DNA from: Pseudomonadota bacterium
GTDB taxonomy: Bacteria; Bdellovibrionota_C; UBA2361; SZUA-149; DAOLCO01
Direction of reading: 5' to 3'
Assembly (NCBI GenBank): GCA_027487795.1
Contig: JAIYCX010000031.1
Coordinates: 215,291-279,290, forward strand
DNA: 64,000 nt
Made by a program: the position numbers and the translations under genes. Shown here one piece after another: positions 1 to 10,274 of this stretch (positions within the stretch are counted from its first letter, which is position 1; each line of letters starts with the position of its first letter). The notes under the pieces were generated by a model, which was not told where the DNA came from, searched no databases, and was given only the letters and a program-made list of their open reading frames with translations.

Positions 1-1221
1 ATAATTGATTTAAGCCTTGATTTAAATGAAGGAGCTTCTAGTGGTTTAAATCTAATAGATAAAATAAAAGATCTAGATGAATCAATCCGAATACTTGTAC
101 TAACAAGTCATAGTCAAAAAGAATACGGTCTAGAAGCATTAAAAAAAGGGGCTTTAAGTTTTTTAAATAAACCTGGAGATCCCAATCTATTAATAGCACT
201 AATAAACGATGGTTTTAGATCTTCTAAACTTCTTAGATCACATAAAAATTTAACTAATTCTCTACATTTAAATGGAGATATATTTGGACTAAAAACAAGA
301 AGCCCAAGTATGCAAGAAGTTATAGAATCACTTTCATTTGCCGTACAAAATAATCAACCAGTATTAATTACAGGCGAAACTGGAACGGGAAAAGGAGTAC
401 TAGCTAGATCTATTCACAAGTATTCAAATAGAAATAAAAAAAACTTTGTACGCTATCAATCAAGCTTTACTAGTAATGACCTAGTTGCTAGTGAGTTATT
501 TGGTCATAAAAAAGGTTCATTTACAGGAGCACAGGAAGATAGAATTGGCTTAATAAAAGAAGCAGACGAAGGGACTCTTTTCATCGATGAAATTGATTCC
601 ATACCAAAAGAAACACAAGTAACATTATTAGAAGTCCTTCAGGAGAAAAATTTTAGAAAAGTAGGGTCTAATAAATTAGAAAAAAGTGACTTTCGGTTAA
701 TTTCAGCATTAAATAAGAATCCAAAAGAACTTATAAAAAAAGACATCATAAGACAGGATTTTTTTCATCGTATAGCTCATATAACCATAGATCTTCCAGC
801 TCTTAGAAATAGAGCAGAAGATATAGAGATACTTGCTGATGATTTTTTTCAGTTTATACTAGCAAGAGAGCGTTTACCGCTAAGAGGAATTGAATCTAAG
901 GCTCTTAAAAAATTACAAAATTATAACTGGCCAGGAAATATTAGAGAGCTACAATCGACCATAGAAAAAGCTTGTCACTTAAGTACCTTCAGAGGTCACG
1001 ATAAGATATTAGAATCAGATATTCACTTAGATACAGATAAAACCAATTCAAACAATAATGAAGAATCTATTTCATTTAGAAATAAAATTAAAGCTTACGA
1101 AGAAGAATTGGCTACAAAAGCTCTAATAGAAACAGAAGGAAATCAAACCAAAGCTGCAACTCTATTAGGGGTAGATAGAATAGTTCTAAGAAGGATTCTT
1201 GAAAGAATTAAAGATAAATAA
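1..1221 (+). CDS. Sigma-54-dependent (NtrC-family) response regulator, 5'-truncated by the window edge. Frame 1 is open from base 1 and reads as a receiver-like segment, followed by an AAA+ sigma-54 interaction domain and a C-terminal Fis-type HTH.
   Basis: Walker A 'ITGETGTGKGVLARSIH' and the GAFTGA-like segment 'ELFGHKKGSFTGA'. The frame stays open back to position 1, in frame with the ATG at 310. The C-terminal 'TKAATLLGVDRIVLRRIL' is an HTH. Confidence 0.8.
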   Translation: MIDLSLDLNEGASSGLNLIDKIKDLDESIRILVLTSHSQKEYGLEALKKGALSFLNKPGDPNLLIALINDGFRSSKLLRSHKNLTNSLHLNGDIFGLKTRSPSMQEVIESLSFAVQNNQPVLITGETGTGKGVLARSIHKYSNRNKKNFVRYQSSFTSNDLVASELFGHKKGSFTGAQEDRIGLIKEADEGTLFIDEIDSIPKETQVTLLEVLQEKNFRKVGSNKLEKSDFRLISALNKNPKELIKKDIIRQDFFHRIAHITIDLPALRNRAEDIEILADDFFQFILARERLPLRGIESKALKKLQNYNWPGNIRELQSTIEKACHLSTFRGHDKILESDIHLDTDKTNSNNNEESISFRNKIKAYEEELATKALIETEGNQTKAATLLGVDRIVLRRILERIKDK

Positions 1222-1231
1222 AGATGGGCTT

Positions 1232-2059
1232 TTAGTATATTGTCATTATGTAATTTCTAAGTTCGTTCTTTTGTTCCATATTAGAAAATAACGGGACAAC
1301 CTTACCGAGACTAGTACTCGGTAGCGCATTTGGAAATACACCTAGAATAACTCTTGGAAGATCTATTTCATTAGCTAATGCCGTAATGACACTTTGTACT
1401 GATACAACCAGTTTCGCACTACTAATGATAATAGCAGCTTGCAATAAATCAGTTGAAACTAAATAGTTAATATTAGATTTTTGATATCTGAAAGCTTCCT
1501 TTGGTCCAGTTATAGCTATAATATTTTTGCCAGTAGACTTCAAAAAGTTACTCCATTCAAGACATACTGCATCAACTTTTTCGCTACCCATGACCATATC
1601 TAAGGTTTCACCAAGTCCTTGGAAAATGATAAACGGATCTAATGTTTCATAACTAGGAAGACTAATAGCAGATGCTAAAGATGGACTAAGATTTATTCCA
1701 TAATCTCTTTTTAAAATATAATACCCATAGCCACGAAGAGGCTTCTCCTCTAAGGGATACTCATCTTTCTCCCTATATCCCAAATGAAAAATAGATTCAT
1801 AGTTATAAGTATTATCAGGAAAATTTAAGTTATGAGGCTGAAATCCTCTATGTTCGTGTACTGGTTTGTAATCGTAATCTATAATTACTTTATTAATATA
1901 GGGCTGATACTGTAATAAACTTCTAGCAGAGATGCAGAGAGAAGAAATAAGAATATCAACACTAGTTCCTAAATGTAGAGACAAGTCTCTGATGCTTGGA
2001 AGAGAATATATCAAGTCTCCTAATTTCCCAGGATGTGTAACCGCAAATTTACTTTTCAT
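1232..2059 (-). CDS. Glycosyltransferase family 9-like (heptosyltransferase-like) protein
   Basis: N-terminal 'HPGKLGDLIYSLP' resembles the G-x-GD-x-(I/V)-x-x-P motif of GT9 heptosyltransferases. At 275 aa it is shorter than typical. Confidence 0.4.
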   Translation of the reverse strand: MKSKFAVTHPGKLGDLIYSLPSIRDLSLHLGTSVDILISSLCISARSLLQYQPYINKVIIDYDYKPVHEHRGFQPHNLNFPDNTYNYESIFHLGYREKDEYPLEEKPLRGYGYYILKRDYGINLSPSLASAISLPSYETLDPFIIFQGLGETLDMVMGSEKVDAVCLEWSNFLKSTGKNIIAITGPKEAFRYQKSNINYLVSTDLLQAAIIISSAKLVVSVQSVITALANEIDLPRVILGVFPNALPSTSLGKVVPLFSNMEQKNELRNYIMTIY

Positions 2060-2075
2060 AACTATAGATTCTCAA

Positions 2076-3179
2076 CTAAACTATTTTAGAAAAATCCCTA
2101 ATGCATTGAGCGAAGCTACTCGCATCTTCCAAACTAATTGCATTATAAAAACTAGCCCTCAAGCCTCCGACCATTCTATGTCCTTCTATTCCCATAAACC
2201 CACTTTTATAGGCAAAATTAATAAATTTAGCTTCAATTTCTTTATTCTGTCCAGTAAATGTAATATTCATATTAGATCTTGAAGACTTTTCAGCAAATGG
2301 AATAAATGCATCTACTTCATCTAGTGCCTGATACACTTCTTTTGACCTTAAATGACTTCTCTTCTCCATTTCAGCAACTCCCCCCTCCTCTTCTATCCAT
2401 CTAAGTATCTCATAAACAGAAACTATCGTAGATACCGGTGGAGTATTGAAGTTCGACTTACTTTTTATATAAGTTTGATAATTCATAGAAACTGGTAAAT
2501 CGGAATTATCATCCAAGATTGATTTCCTAGTTATAACAATAGTTACTCCAGCAGTTCCTAAGTTCTTTTGAGCCCCTGCGTAAATCAAACTATACTTAGC
2601 AGAATCAATAGGTCGACTAAAAATATCAGAGCTCGCATCACAGATTAGTGGGACGAGTGATGAAACCTCTGGCTCCTTCTGAAATTGAGTACCAAAAATA
2701 GTATTATTAGAAGTAAAATGTATATACGACAGATCATCCCTATCACTAGAATAATGAGGAAGTCTGGAATAATTAGCGTCTTCCGAAGTGGCAAGTATCT
2801 CTACTTTTCTAAATTTAATAGCTTCGTCTGTAGCAAGTCTTGCCCAATGTCCACTTACTATATAGCCTGCTGGAAGATCTTTTGACTTACTGACATTCAA
2901 AGGAACCCCCACATTCAGAGGGATCATTGAAAATTGCTGAGTCGCTCCACCCGTACAAAAAAGAACCTCAAAATCATCCGAAATCTTAAGTAGCGTTTTG
3001 ATTTTCACTTTAGTTTCTTCTAATAATTTCTCAAATAGCTTAGTTCTGTGTCCTAATTCAAAAATACCAACTGAAGAATTATCATACTCTAAAACTCCAT
3101 CCTTTAAGCGCTGAAGTACTGGTAAAGGCAAAGCCGATGGACCTGCTGACAAATTAACTAACCTCATGAGCCTACTCAC
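2076..3179 (-). CDS. serC: Phosphoserine aminotransferase
   Basis: N-terminal 'VNLSAGPSALPLPVLQRL...ELGHRTKLF...VLFCTGGATQQFSMIPLN' matches the SerC 'NFSSGPAMLP...SHRGKEF...FCHGGG' pattern. Length 367 aa. Confidence 0.8.
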   Translation of the reverse strand: MSRLMRLVNLSAGPSALPLPVLQRLKDGVLEYDNSSVGIFELGHRTKLFEKLLEETKVKIKTLLKISDDFEVLFCTGGATQQFSMIPLNVGVPLNVSKSKDLPAGYIVSGHWARLATDEAIKFRKVEILATSEDANYSRLPHYSSDRDDLSYIHFTSNNTIFGTQFQKEPEVSSLVPLICDASSDIFSRPIDSAKYSLIYAGAQKNLGTAGVTIVITRKSILDDNSDLPVSMNYQTYIKSKSNFNTPPVSTIVSVYEILRWIEEEGGVAEMEKRSHLRSKEVYQALDEVDAFIPFAEKSSRSNMNITFTGQNKEIEAKFINFAYKSGFMGIEGHRMVGGLRASFYNAISLEDASSFAQCIRDFSKIV

Positions 3180-3260
3180 TACTCCCTAAATATATAAAAT
3201 ATGCTAAATATTATACTTAAATAAAAATTTAAGTATTTACATACTAATTATACCTACCTC

Positions 3261-3566
3261 ATGAGTGACGATAGTGAGAAAAACAAAAAAGAAGCAGTTA
3301 AATTAGACCTAGGGGACTGGTCCCCTGATTATTTTCCAACTTCCCCTAAAACAGTGTTTAAAAAAGCACTTATTTGGCTCTTAACTATAGTCATACTCTG
3401 TGCCTTGCTCGCTATTTGGTCAAAGAGTGATAGTATAGAATCCAATACTGCTGAAAAAAATAAAGTTCAAAATGCATCCTCCGGCTTCAAACTAGAAGAT
3501 TCTAGTGAGAATAAGCAAGATGAGGACAGGCAAGATGAAAATAATACAGACTCAGATATATTTTAA
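3261..3566 (+). CDS. Small single-pass membrane protein with an acidic C-terminal tail (hypothetical), immediately upstream of wzt
   Basis: ORF with one hydrophobic helix ('LIWLLTIVILCALLAIW') and an E/D-rich tail. Supported only by position and ORF length. Confidence 0.3.
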   Translation: MSDDSEKNKKEAVKLDLGDWSPDYFPTSPKTVFKKALIWLLTIVILCALLAIWSKSDSIESNTAEKNKVQNASSGFKLEDSSENKQDEDRQDENNTDSDIF

Positions 3567-3571
3567 AGATT

Positions 3572-4948
3572 TTGGTGCCAAAAATTTCTACAGGAAAAAA
3601 TCCTAGCGGATCAATAGAACTAAAAAATGTTACTAAAACATTTAAAATTGGCTCCTCTGGTCCAAAAACATATTCCACATTAAAGTCGACATTAATAGGT
3701 CTGATTAAAAAAGGAACTGTCGCTCCTAAGGTAGTTTCAAAAGAAAATATTCGACAAAAGCTCATCTTAAATGATATCAGCTTTAAAGTAGAGCCTGGCA
3801 CCTCCTACGCACTAGTTGGAAGAAATGGCAGTGGTAAGTCAACTATTCTTAAATTAATTTCAGGAATCTATGCCCCGGATAGCGGCCAAATAACAGTAGA
3901 AGGCTCCGTGAGCGCACTAATAGAACTTGGCGCAGGATTCCATCCTGATTTTTCTGGTAGAGAGAACATAATGCTAGGTGGAATTATGTTTGGTCTTACC
4001 AAAAAGCAAGTAGAAGATCGTTTTGATCAAATAGTAGAATATTCCGAATTAGAAGATGTAATCGACCAACCAGTAAGAACTTATTCCTCTGGAATGTATA
4101 TGCGACTAGGTTTTAGCCTAGCTATACATACTGATCCCGATATTTTACTAGTCGATGAAGTTCTTGCAGTAGGCGACGCTCATTTCATTAAAAAATGTCA
4201 TGATTCAATCAGCGAATTTAGAAGACGTGGAAAAACCTTAATTTTTGTTACACATGACCTATCTTCAGTATCTAGATGGTGCGACAAGGCAGTTTGGCTA
4301 GATAAAGGTCATATTCGCTCAATAGGCACACCTAAAGAAATCGCAGATGCTTATCTTTCTGATATTGCAGATCAAGAAAATCTAACAAATAAAGAAAACA
4401 TCGCGAAGCAAGAGCTTACAAGAGATCAAAGAAGTATTATCGGAAATGGGAATTTAGATAAAAAACATAGGTGGGGTGATAATAAGATTGAGATCACAAA
4501 AGTCCAACTATTAGACCAAACAAAAGAAGAAAAAGCAGTTTTCTTTGATAACGAATCTTTAATTATAAAAGTTTCATTTAAATTTCATACAGAAGTTAGT
4601 GATTTAGTTTTTGGTATTGGCATAATAAGAGCTGATGGATTAGAAATTTTTGGAACAAATTCTTCATTCATTCCAGAAATTGATTCCGCTATTTCAAATA
4701 ATATAGTCAGTAAAAATATTGAAGATTTAAATAAAGTTAGATTGATAGAAATTAAAATTCCAAGAATCAGTCTCTCCGAAGGGTCCTACTTTGTGGATGT
4801 TGCAGCTCATGCACATAGTGGACTTCCCTACGATTACCATCATCAAATATATAAATTCCAAGTTAGAACTAAAGATAGGTCAGTAGGTATAATCTCTCCT
4901 AATATCGAGTGGAATATTTCTAATTTAAATTCTGGAGAGCAAAATTAA
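3572..4948 (+). CDS. wzt: ABC transporter ATP-binding protein for polysaccharide/O-antigen export (Wzt/KpsT-like) with an extra C-terminal domain
   Basis: Walker A 'GRNGSGKST', signature 'YSSGMYMRLGFSLA', Walker B 'ILLVDEVLAVGD' and an H-loop. A ~200 aa C-terminal extension is typical of Wzt carbohydrate-binding domains. The start is a non-ATG codon (TTG/GTG). Confidence 0.8.
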   Translation: MVPKISTGKNPSGSIELKNVTKTFKIGSSGPKTYSTLKSTLIGLIKKGTVAPKVVSKENIRQKLILNDISFKVEPGTSYALVGRNGSGKSTILKLISGIYAPDSGQITVEGSVSALIELGAGFHPDFSGRENIMLGGIMFGLTKKQVEDRFDQIVEYSELEDVIDQPVRTYSSGMYMRLGFSLAIHTDPDILLVDEVLAVGDAHFIKKCHDSISEFRRRGKTLIFVTHDLSSVSRWCDKAVWLDKGHIRSIGTPKEIADAYLSDIADQENLTNKENIAKQELTRDQRSIIGNGNLDKKHRWGDNKIEITKVQLLDQTKEEKAVFFDNESLIIKVSFKFHTEVSDLVFGIGIIRADGLEIFGTNSSFIPEIDSAISNNIVSKNIEDLNKVRLIEIKIPRISLSEGSYFVDVAAHAHSGLPYDYHHQIYKFQVRTKDRSVGIISPNIEWNISNLNSGEQN

Positions 4949-4950
4949 AT

Positions 4951-5730
4951 ATGTTCAGAATACTTAAAGAACTCTGGAAATTTAGATCTCTAGTAAGTGC
5001 TCTAGTTATTAGACATCTTAGAGCCAGATATAGAGGCTCAGTACTTGGCTTCCTTTGGTCCTTTTTAAACCCTCTGTGTTTGATTCTAGTATATGCACTA
5101 GTCTTTAAGTATTATATTAGATTTCAAGAAGTAGAAAACTATACTGTTTTCATGCTATCAGGCTTACTTCCTTGGATTTGGTTCTCAAGCGGAATTCTTG
5201 ATGCTACCTCCTCCATTAGCTCTGGTGGTAGTTTAATTACTAAAGCTATCTTTCCACCTCACGTGTTGCCAACCGTTGCAGTATTAACGAATATGGCAAA
5301 TTTCCTACTATCACTGCCACTACTGGTAAGTTTAATGATTTTCTATAATATACACTTATCCATATACATTTTATATATTCCAGTTCTTTTACTTATTCAG
5401 ATATTTTTCATGTTAGGACTTTCATTTATCTTCTCTTCACTAAATGTTTACGTAAGAGACATACAACACATCATGTCCAATATATTTAGTTTATTATTTT
5501 TTCTCTGTCCTATTGTTTACCCAGCAGACAAAGTACCTGCTCAGTTCAGCTTTACACTCTCTTTGAATCCCATCTCGAGATTGATAATTAACTATCAAAA
5601 AGTCATAATTAATGGCGTTTCACCAGATTTTAAAGACTTACTAATATTAGCAAGCATTTCTTTTGTAACATTTGGGATAGGTTGTCTCGTTTTCAATAAA
5701 TTTAGAGATCAATTTGCGGAGTCTATATAA
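4951..5730 (+). CDS. wzm: ABC-2 type polysaccharide export permease (Wzm-like)
   Basis: Six predicted TM helices and an N-terminal 'LVIRHLRARYRGSVLGFLWSFLNP' ABC-2 motif. Starts 3 bp after wzt. Confidence 0.8.
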   Translation: MFRILKELWKFRSLVSALVIRHLRARYRGSVLGFLWSFLNPLCLILVYALVFKYYIRFQEVENYTVFMLSGLLPWIWFSSGILDATSSISSGGSLITKAIFPPHVLPTVAVLTNMANFLLSLPLLVSLMIFYNIHLSIYILYIPVLLLIQIFFMLGLSFIFSSLNVYVRDIQHIMSNIFSLLFFLCPIVYPADKVPAQFSFTLSLNPISRLIINYQKVIINGVSPDFKDLLILASISFVTFGIGCLVFNKFRDQFAESI

Positions 5731-5733
5731 ATA

Positions 5734-6861
5734 ATGAGCAAGACGAATATGAATAATTACGTCATAGATCAATTTGTGAATACCCTCCAATATGGTGATG
5801 CTATCTCTGGAGAAGTTCTTAGCATGCAAAGAGTTCTTCACGAGCTTGGTATTCAATCAGATATCGTGGCTCTTCATACCCATGAAAAATACTTAGGTCT
5901 CACAATATCACCTGAAGAATTCCTAAATAAAAGAAAGGAAAGAACAAACACTAATACAAAATCAGCAGTTATAAACCACTTCTCGATTTCCTCATCTCTA
6001 AACGAACTCTTTAGAGATCTTAAACAGACTAAAAAAGTCATGCTATATCACAACATGACTCCATCAAAATGGTATCAAGGATATAACTCAAGAGTATACT
6101 CAGATCTAGAAAAAGGGGCTGAAGAAATTTCTACTTTAAAGGATATTGTCGATCTTGCAATAGCGGACTCTACTTTTAATGCTAGCGAATTATTAGAGTT
6201 AGGTTTTAAAAATGTAGAAGTTTTACCACTACCACTAGACCCTAAAAGATGGGAGATTCCATCAAACGAAGGGATAAAACAAGTATTAAAAAATACAGAA
6301 GTACCTACCGTAAACATACTACATGTTGGTAGATTCGCAGCTAATAAAAAAATAGAAGATATACTACAAATATTCTATTTTTATCACCACAAACTAAACA
6401 AGAATAGTAAACTCTGGTTAGTAGGTAACGATACTGATACAGAAATATATTCTTTTGAACTAAGAAGAATAACTAAAAAACTAGCTCTTGAGCATGCTGT
6501 AAATTTTTGTGGGACCATTTCTGATTCTGAGCTTAAATCATTTTATGAAAGTGCTGATGCTTATCTTTGCACCAGTGCTCACGAAGGCTTTTGTGTACCT
6601 GCAATTGAGGCATTTCATTTTGAGGTACCAGTAGTTTCTTTTGGAGGAACTGCGCTTACTGAAACGCTAGGAGAAGGAGCCGTGACTGTACCAAATAGAG
6701 ATCATATCTTAGCAGCATTTGCCGTTGACCAATTACTAACTAATCAAACACTAAAAAGCAGTCTAATAACTAAGGCTAAAAAAGAATTAACAAGATTTGA
6801 TATTAACAAATTCTCTTCATCTCTAAATTCACTATTAATTGAAAAAGTATTATCTGAATAA
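5734..6861 (+). CDS. Glycosyltransferase, GT4 family
   Basis: C-terminal GT-B fold motifs ('TSAHEGFCVPAIEAFHFEVPVV'). Lies in the operon with wzm/wzt. Confidence 0.7.
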   Translation: MSKTNMNNYVIDQFVNTLQYGDAISGEVLSMQRVLHELGIQSDIVALHTHEKYLGLTISPEEFLNKRKERTNTNTKSAVINHFSISSSLNELFRDLKQTKKVMLYHNMTPSKWYQGYNSRVYSDLEKGAEEISTLKDIVDLAIADSTFNASELLELGFKNVEVLPLPLDPKRWEIPSNEGIKQVLKNTEVPTVNILHVGRFAANKKIEDILQIFYFYHHKLNKNSKLWLVGNDTDTEIYSFELRRITKKLALEHAVNFCGTISDSELKSFYESADAYLCTSAHEGFCVPAIEAFHFEVPVVSFGGTALTETLGEGAVTVPNRDHILAAFAVDQLLTNQTLKSSLITKAKKELTRFDINKFSSSLNSLLIEKVLSE

Positions 6862-8084
6862 TGAATTCGCCTAAAGATAATGCTAAAAAGACAGTTGCAT
6901 TAGATATCAGAGGCTTAAGTCCTAATTTTAAATCTCATTTTGGCAGAGGAACGGGGAGATATATTTATGAAATCAGCTCTAGATTAAAAAATTTCAAACA
7001 TCAAAATCTAAATTTTAAAGAAATCTCTGAAAAAGATTTAAAACCATCTAAAATACAAGATAAAATTCTAAATTTATCACCTTTGGGAAAAGTTACTTTA
7101 GAATGTCAGATATTCTTTCCAAGAAATATAAAAAAAATAAACTCTGACTTAATTCACTTTTTCTTCCATGGAGATGCTCCAGCATACCCCTTAACAAAAC
7201 AAATTACCTCTATTCTAGATGTTATACCTTTAAAATTCCCCGAACTATACTCTAGCGGCTTTGGTGGGCTAGGATTCAAACTAGCTAGATACCTTGAAAA
7301 TAAAGCTGCAATATCATCTACTGGAATAATCGCTATAAGCGAAGCTACAAAAAAAGATGTAATTGATATTTTTGGGATAAAAGAAGACCGTATTTTCGTC
7401 ACTCCTCTTGGAGTAGATCCTCGTTTTTTCATCTTACCTGAGGACAAAGATAGCAAAGAAAATATAAGAACTAAGGCCAGAGAAAAACTTAGCTTTGCAA
7501 AAGATCAGCAAATACTGTTTTACTTAGGTGGTATTGATCCTAGAAAAAATGTCTCTTTTCTAATTAAAATATTAGAAGAACTCAAGAAAAACTCTGATTT
7601 TAAGGAAAGTAAACTAGTAATTGCTGGTAATTATGAAAATGACAAACATTTTCCTAGCCTCAAAAATGAAATTAATAAATCTATTTACTCAAAAGACATA
7701 TTACTTCCTGGATTCTTAAGTGAAGAAAAACTAAAAGATTACTTCCTAGCAGTAGACTGCTTCGTATTTCCATCACTCTATGAGGGCTTTGGATTACCTG
7801 TAATTGAAGCTATGGCTGCTGGCTTACCAGTATTTGCGGGACAAAACTCCTCGATACCTGAATTAATGAAGAGCTTAGATAAGAAGTCGGGGGGATGGAT
7901 GCTAGAAGATAATAATATAGGCGCCTGGGTAGAAAAAATTAAAGAAATTCTCACAGAATTTGATAAAAATAGCGAATTTAAATATCGTGCTCAGGCAAAC
8001 TGCATAGAAAATGCAGGACAATTTACATGGGATAAAACAGTTAACTTAACTGTTTCTGCATATGATTATTTTTTAAACAAATAA
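6861..8084 (+). CDS. Glycosyltransferase, GT4 family
   Basis: 'PSLYEGFGLPVIEAMAAGLPV' is the canonical GT4 EX7E region. Overlaps the upstream gene's stop. Confidence 0.75.
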   Translation: MNSPKDNAKKTVALDIRGLSPNFKSHFGRGTGRYIYEISSRLKNFKHQNLNFKEISEKDLKPSKIQDKILNLSPLGKVTLECQIFFPRNIKKINSDLIHFFFHGDAPAYPLTKQITSILDVIPLKFPELYSSGFGGLGFKLARYLENKAAISSTGIIAISEATKKDVIDIFGIKEDRIFVTPLGVDPRFFILPEDKDSKENIRTKAREKLSFAKDQQILFYLGGIDPRKNVSFLIKILEELKKNSDFKESKLVIAGNYENDKHFPSLKNEINKSIYSKDILLPGFLSEEKLKDYFLAVDCFVFPSLYEGFGLPVIEAMAAGLPVFAGQNSSIPELMKSLDKKSGGWMLEDNNIGAWVEKIKEILTEFDKNSEFKYRAQANCIENAGQFTWDKTVNLTVSAYDYFLNK

Positions 8085-8097
8085 GGCTTCTTCATAA

Positions 8098-10242
8098 ATG
8101 AATAATCGCATATCCAACATGAAACTGTTTGGAGATATTATTTTTTTCATGCTGCTTGGATCTATTCCACGTCTTGCAGTTCTTTTTAGCTCTAACGCAA
8201 GTATAGAATCAGATGAAGCCATAGTAGGCTTGATGGGCCTTCACATTACAGAGGGTCTACCAGTTCCAACTTTCTATTACGGGCAAGCATATATGGGCTC
8301 CCTTGAAGCAATCCTTGCTTCAGTTTATTTTACTCTATTTGGGTTAAATAATTGGGCACTAAAGCTTGTACCTTTTACTTTTTCACTATTACACATATTT
8401 AGCAGTTATCTACTAGGGTTTATTATTGGAAAAAGAGCCGGTGGCAGAATTGCTGCACTATACGTCGCACTGGCACCATGCTCTTTAATAATTTGGAGCA
8501 GTAAGGCTAGAGGTGGATTTATTGAAACTCTATTCTTTGGTTCAATTGCTCTTAGCCTAACTCACTTATTTCTAAATTCTAATTTAAAAAATAGTTTTAA
8601 AAAAAATATTAGTCTGATTTCCGCACTGGGATTTGTTCTTGGACTTGGTTGGTGGACTAATAATCAAATTGTTTTTTTCATGGCTCCTATAGGACTTGGA
8701 ATATTAATTTTCATGATAACTAATAGGGTAAAAGTTTATGACGTTATCTCTTACCTATTTTCAGGACTATTTGCCTTTATAATAGGTGGCTTACCTTTTT
8801 GGATCTACAATACTAGTTCTCACCCTAAGTGGGAGAGTTTTGAAGTTCTTTTTGGCAAAACTGCAGGAGATTCTAGCACACTTTATTTTAAAGAATTTTG
8901 GTCGACTGCACTTCCGATAATACTTGGTGCTAGTAAATTCTGGACGGATTACGATATATATCCGAACTCAACAACTATTGTTTACACTCTAGTTATACTT
9001 TTAATATTACCAATAATTATTGCATTAGGATCAATCTTAAGACCCAAGAAATACAGACTAAATAACTACAGTTCTATAAAAATTTGGTCTATCTATAATC
9101 CAATAATACTTTTCTTCATTCTAACTCCTATTATTTTTTCATTCAGTAGTTTCGGATGGCTATCAAGAGCTCCTAGATATCTACTGCCAATGTATTCTGT
9201 GATACCCGCACTTCTAGCGCTGGCCCACTCACTCATTCCGGCAGAAGGATTTATGAAATCGTCATACAACGTTAGAAAAATATTTATCTTAATATTGGGC
9301 TTATTGATTTTAAATAATCTAGCTTCTAATTATCTCGGGGGTAAAATAACTAACGAAGGCCAACCAATGGTTTATCTTGGTGAAAGAGTCGCTGAAGATC
9401 ATAAACCTTTGTATGAATGGTTAGCAAATCACAACTGCACTCATATCAATACTAACTATTGGATAGGATATAGAATAGCATTTGAAACTAAAGAACATGT
9501 TACATTTACTAGATTCGGAATGCCTAGATCTCTTAGAATTCCTGAATATGAAGATAATAAATTAAAACCAGCTAATATTTATAGCAACGCTGACAAAAAT
9601 AGCTGCGGAGAGACTTATGTTTTAGTCAAAACGGAAGTTTCAGCAGTTACGGACTGGCTAGAATCTACAGGTCAAGGATTTAAAAAAGAAGCTGTTGGTG
9701 ATTACACTGTAATCTATAACGTAGGACACTTTCGCCCAGAAGGAATCGAGATCGACCATCAAAGTATAATAACTACCAAAAGAACACACATTCCTCCAGG
9801 AAACCAACCTTTAAATGACTTTACTAAAGATCTAAATACTCTTTTTGACAAAAGTACCGAAAGCAGATGGAGAACTGGAAGAAGCCAAATTCCTGGCATG
9901 GCAATAGAGCTCGATTTCAAATTTCCAATTAATATTGGGAGAATTGAGTTTGATTTTGATAGATTTCTTCACGATGCGCCTGTTTCACTTTTGATAAGTG
10001 GCTATAAACGTGACGGAAGTAGGGTTTCTCTGTTCGACATGAGAAATAAGTCTTTCCAAGGATCCATAATTCAAGGAGATTTCCCTCATCTTCCAGATGT
10101 TTGGGATATTAGATTTGATCCGATTGAAATAAAAACAATTAGATTCGAACTAATGGAGGGTGGCTCAATATTCGATTGGTCCATACCAGAACTTAGGCTT
10201 TTTGAAATTTCCGCAAATAAGAATTATAGAAAGACAAATTAA
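8098..10242 (+). CDS. GT39/ArnT/PMT_2-family polytopic membrane glycosyltransferase with a C-terminal soluble beta-sandwich-like (discoidin-like) domain
   Basis: Multi-TM N-terminal ~430 aa with the first-loop 'SIESDEAIVGLMG' DE motif typical of the ArnT/PMT family. C-terminal ~250 aa is soluble. Confidence 0.6.
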   Translation: MNNRISNMKLFGDIIFFMLLGSIPRLAVLFSSNASIESDEAIVGLMGLHITEGLPVPTFYYGQAYMGSLEAILASVYFTLFGLNNWALKLVPFTFSLLHIFSSYLLGFIIGKRAGGRIAALYVALAPCSLIIWSSKARGGFIETLFFGSIALSLTHLFLNSNLKNSFKKNISLISALGFVLGLGWWTNNQIVFFMAPIGLGILIFMITNRVKVYDVISYLFSGLFAFIIGGLPFWIYNTSSHPKWESFEVLFGKTAGDSSTLYFKEFWSTALPIILGASKFWTDYDIYPNSTTIVYTLVILLILPIIIALGSILRPKKYRLNNYSSIKIWSIYNPIILFFILTPIIFSFSSFGWLSRAPRYLLPMYSVIPALLALAHSLIPAEGFMKSSYNVRKIFILILGLLILNNLASNYLGGKITNEGQPMVYLGERVAEDHKPLYEWLANHNCTHINTNYWIGYRIAFETKEHVTFTRFGMPRSLRIPEYEDNKLKPANIYSNADKNSCGETYVLVKTEVSAVTDWLESTGQGFKKEAVGDYTVIYNVGHFRPEGIEIDHQSIITTKRTHIPPGNQPLNDFTKDLNTLFDKSTESRWRTGRSQIPGMAIELDFKFPINIGRIEFDFDRFLHDAPVSLLISGYKRDGSRVSLFDMRNKSFQGSIIQGDFPHLPDVWDIRFDPIEIKTIRFELMEGGSIFDWSIPELRLFEISANKNYRKTN

Positions 10243-10274
10243 TCTAATAATAAATCTTTTTATACCTATTTTTT

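Noticed and set aside
1932-2282. 116-aa plus-strand ORF spanning the 3' end of the GT9-like gene and serC on the opposite strand
   Set aside because: Antisense to two well-supported genes and bridging their intergenic gap. Low-complexity translation. A typical spurious ORF in AT-rich DNA.
2685-2885. 66-aa ORF antisense inside serC
   Set aside because: Entirely within serC on the opposite strand. No motif.
3502-3801. 99-aa minus-strand ORF overlapping the wzt start
   Set aside because: Antisense to the Walker A region of wzt. Spurious.
5647-7456. Three minus-strand ORFs (5647-5856, 6075-6317, 7154-7456) inside the wzm/GT4 genes
   Set aside because: All antisense to strongly supported glycosyltransferase or permease ORFs.
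8445-8465. Sequence 'tggcagaattgctgca' with GG-N10-GC spacing resembling a sigma-54 -24/-12 promoter
   Set aside because: Lies inside the GT39-like coding region with no downstream gene start. Most likely chance.
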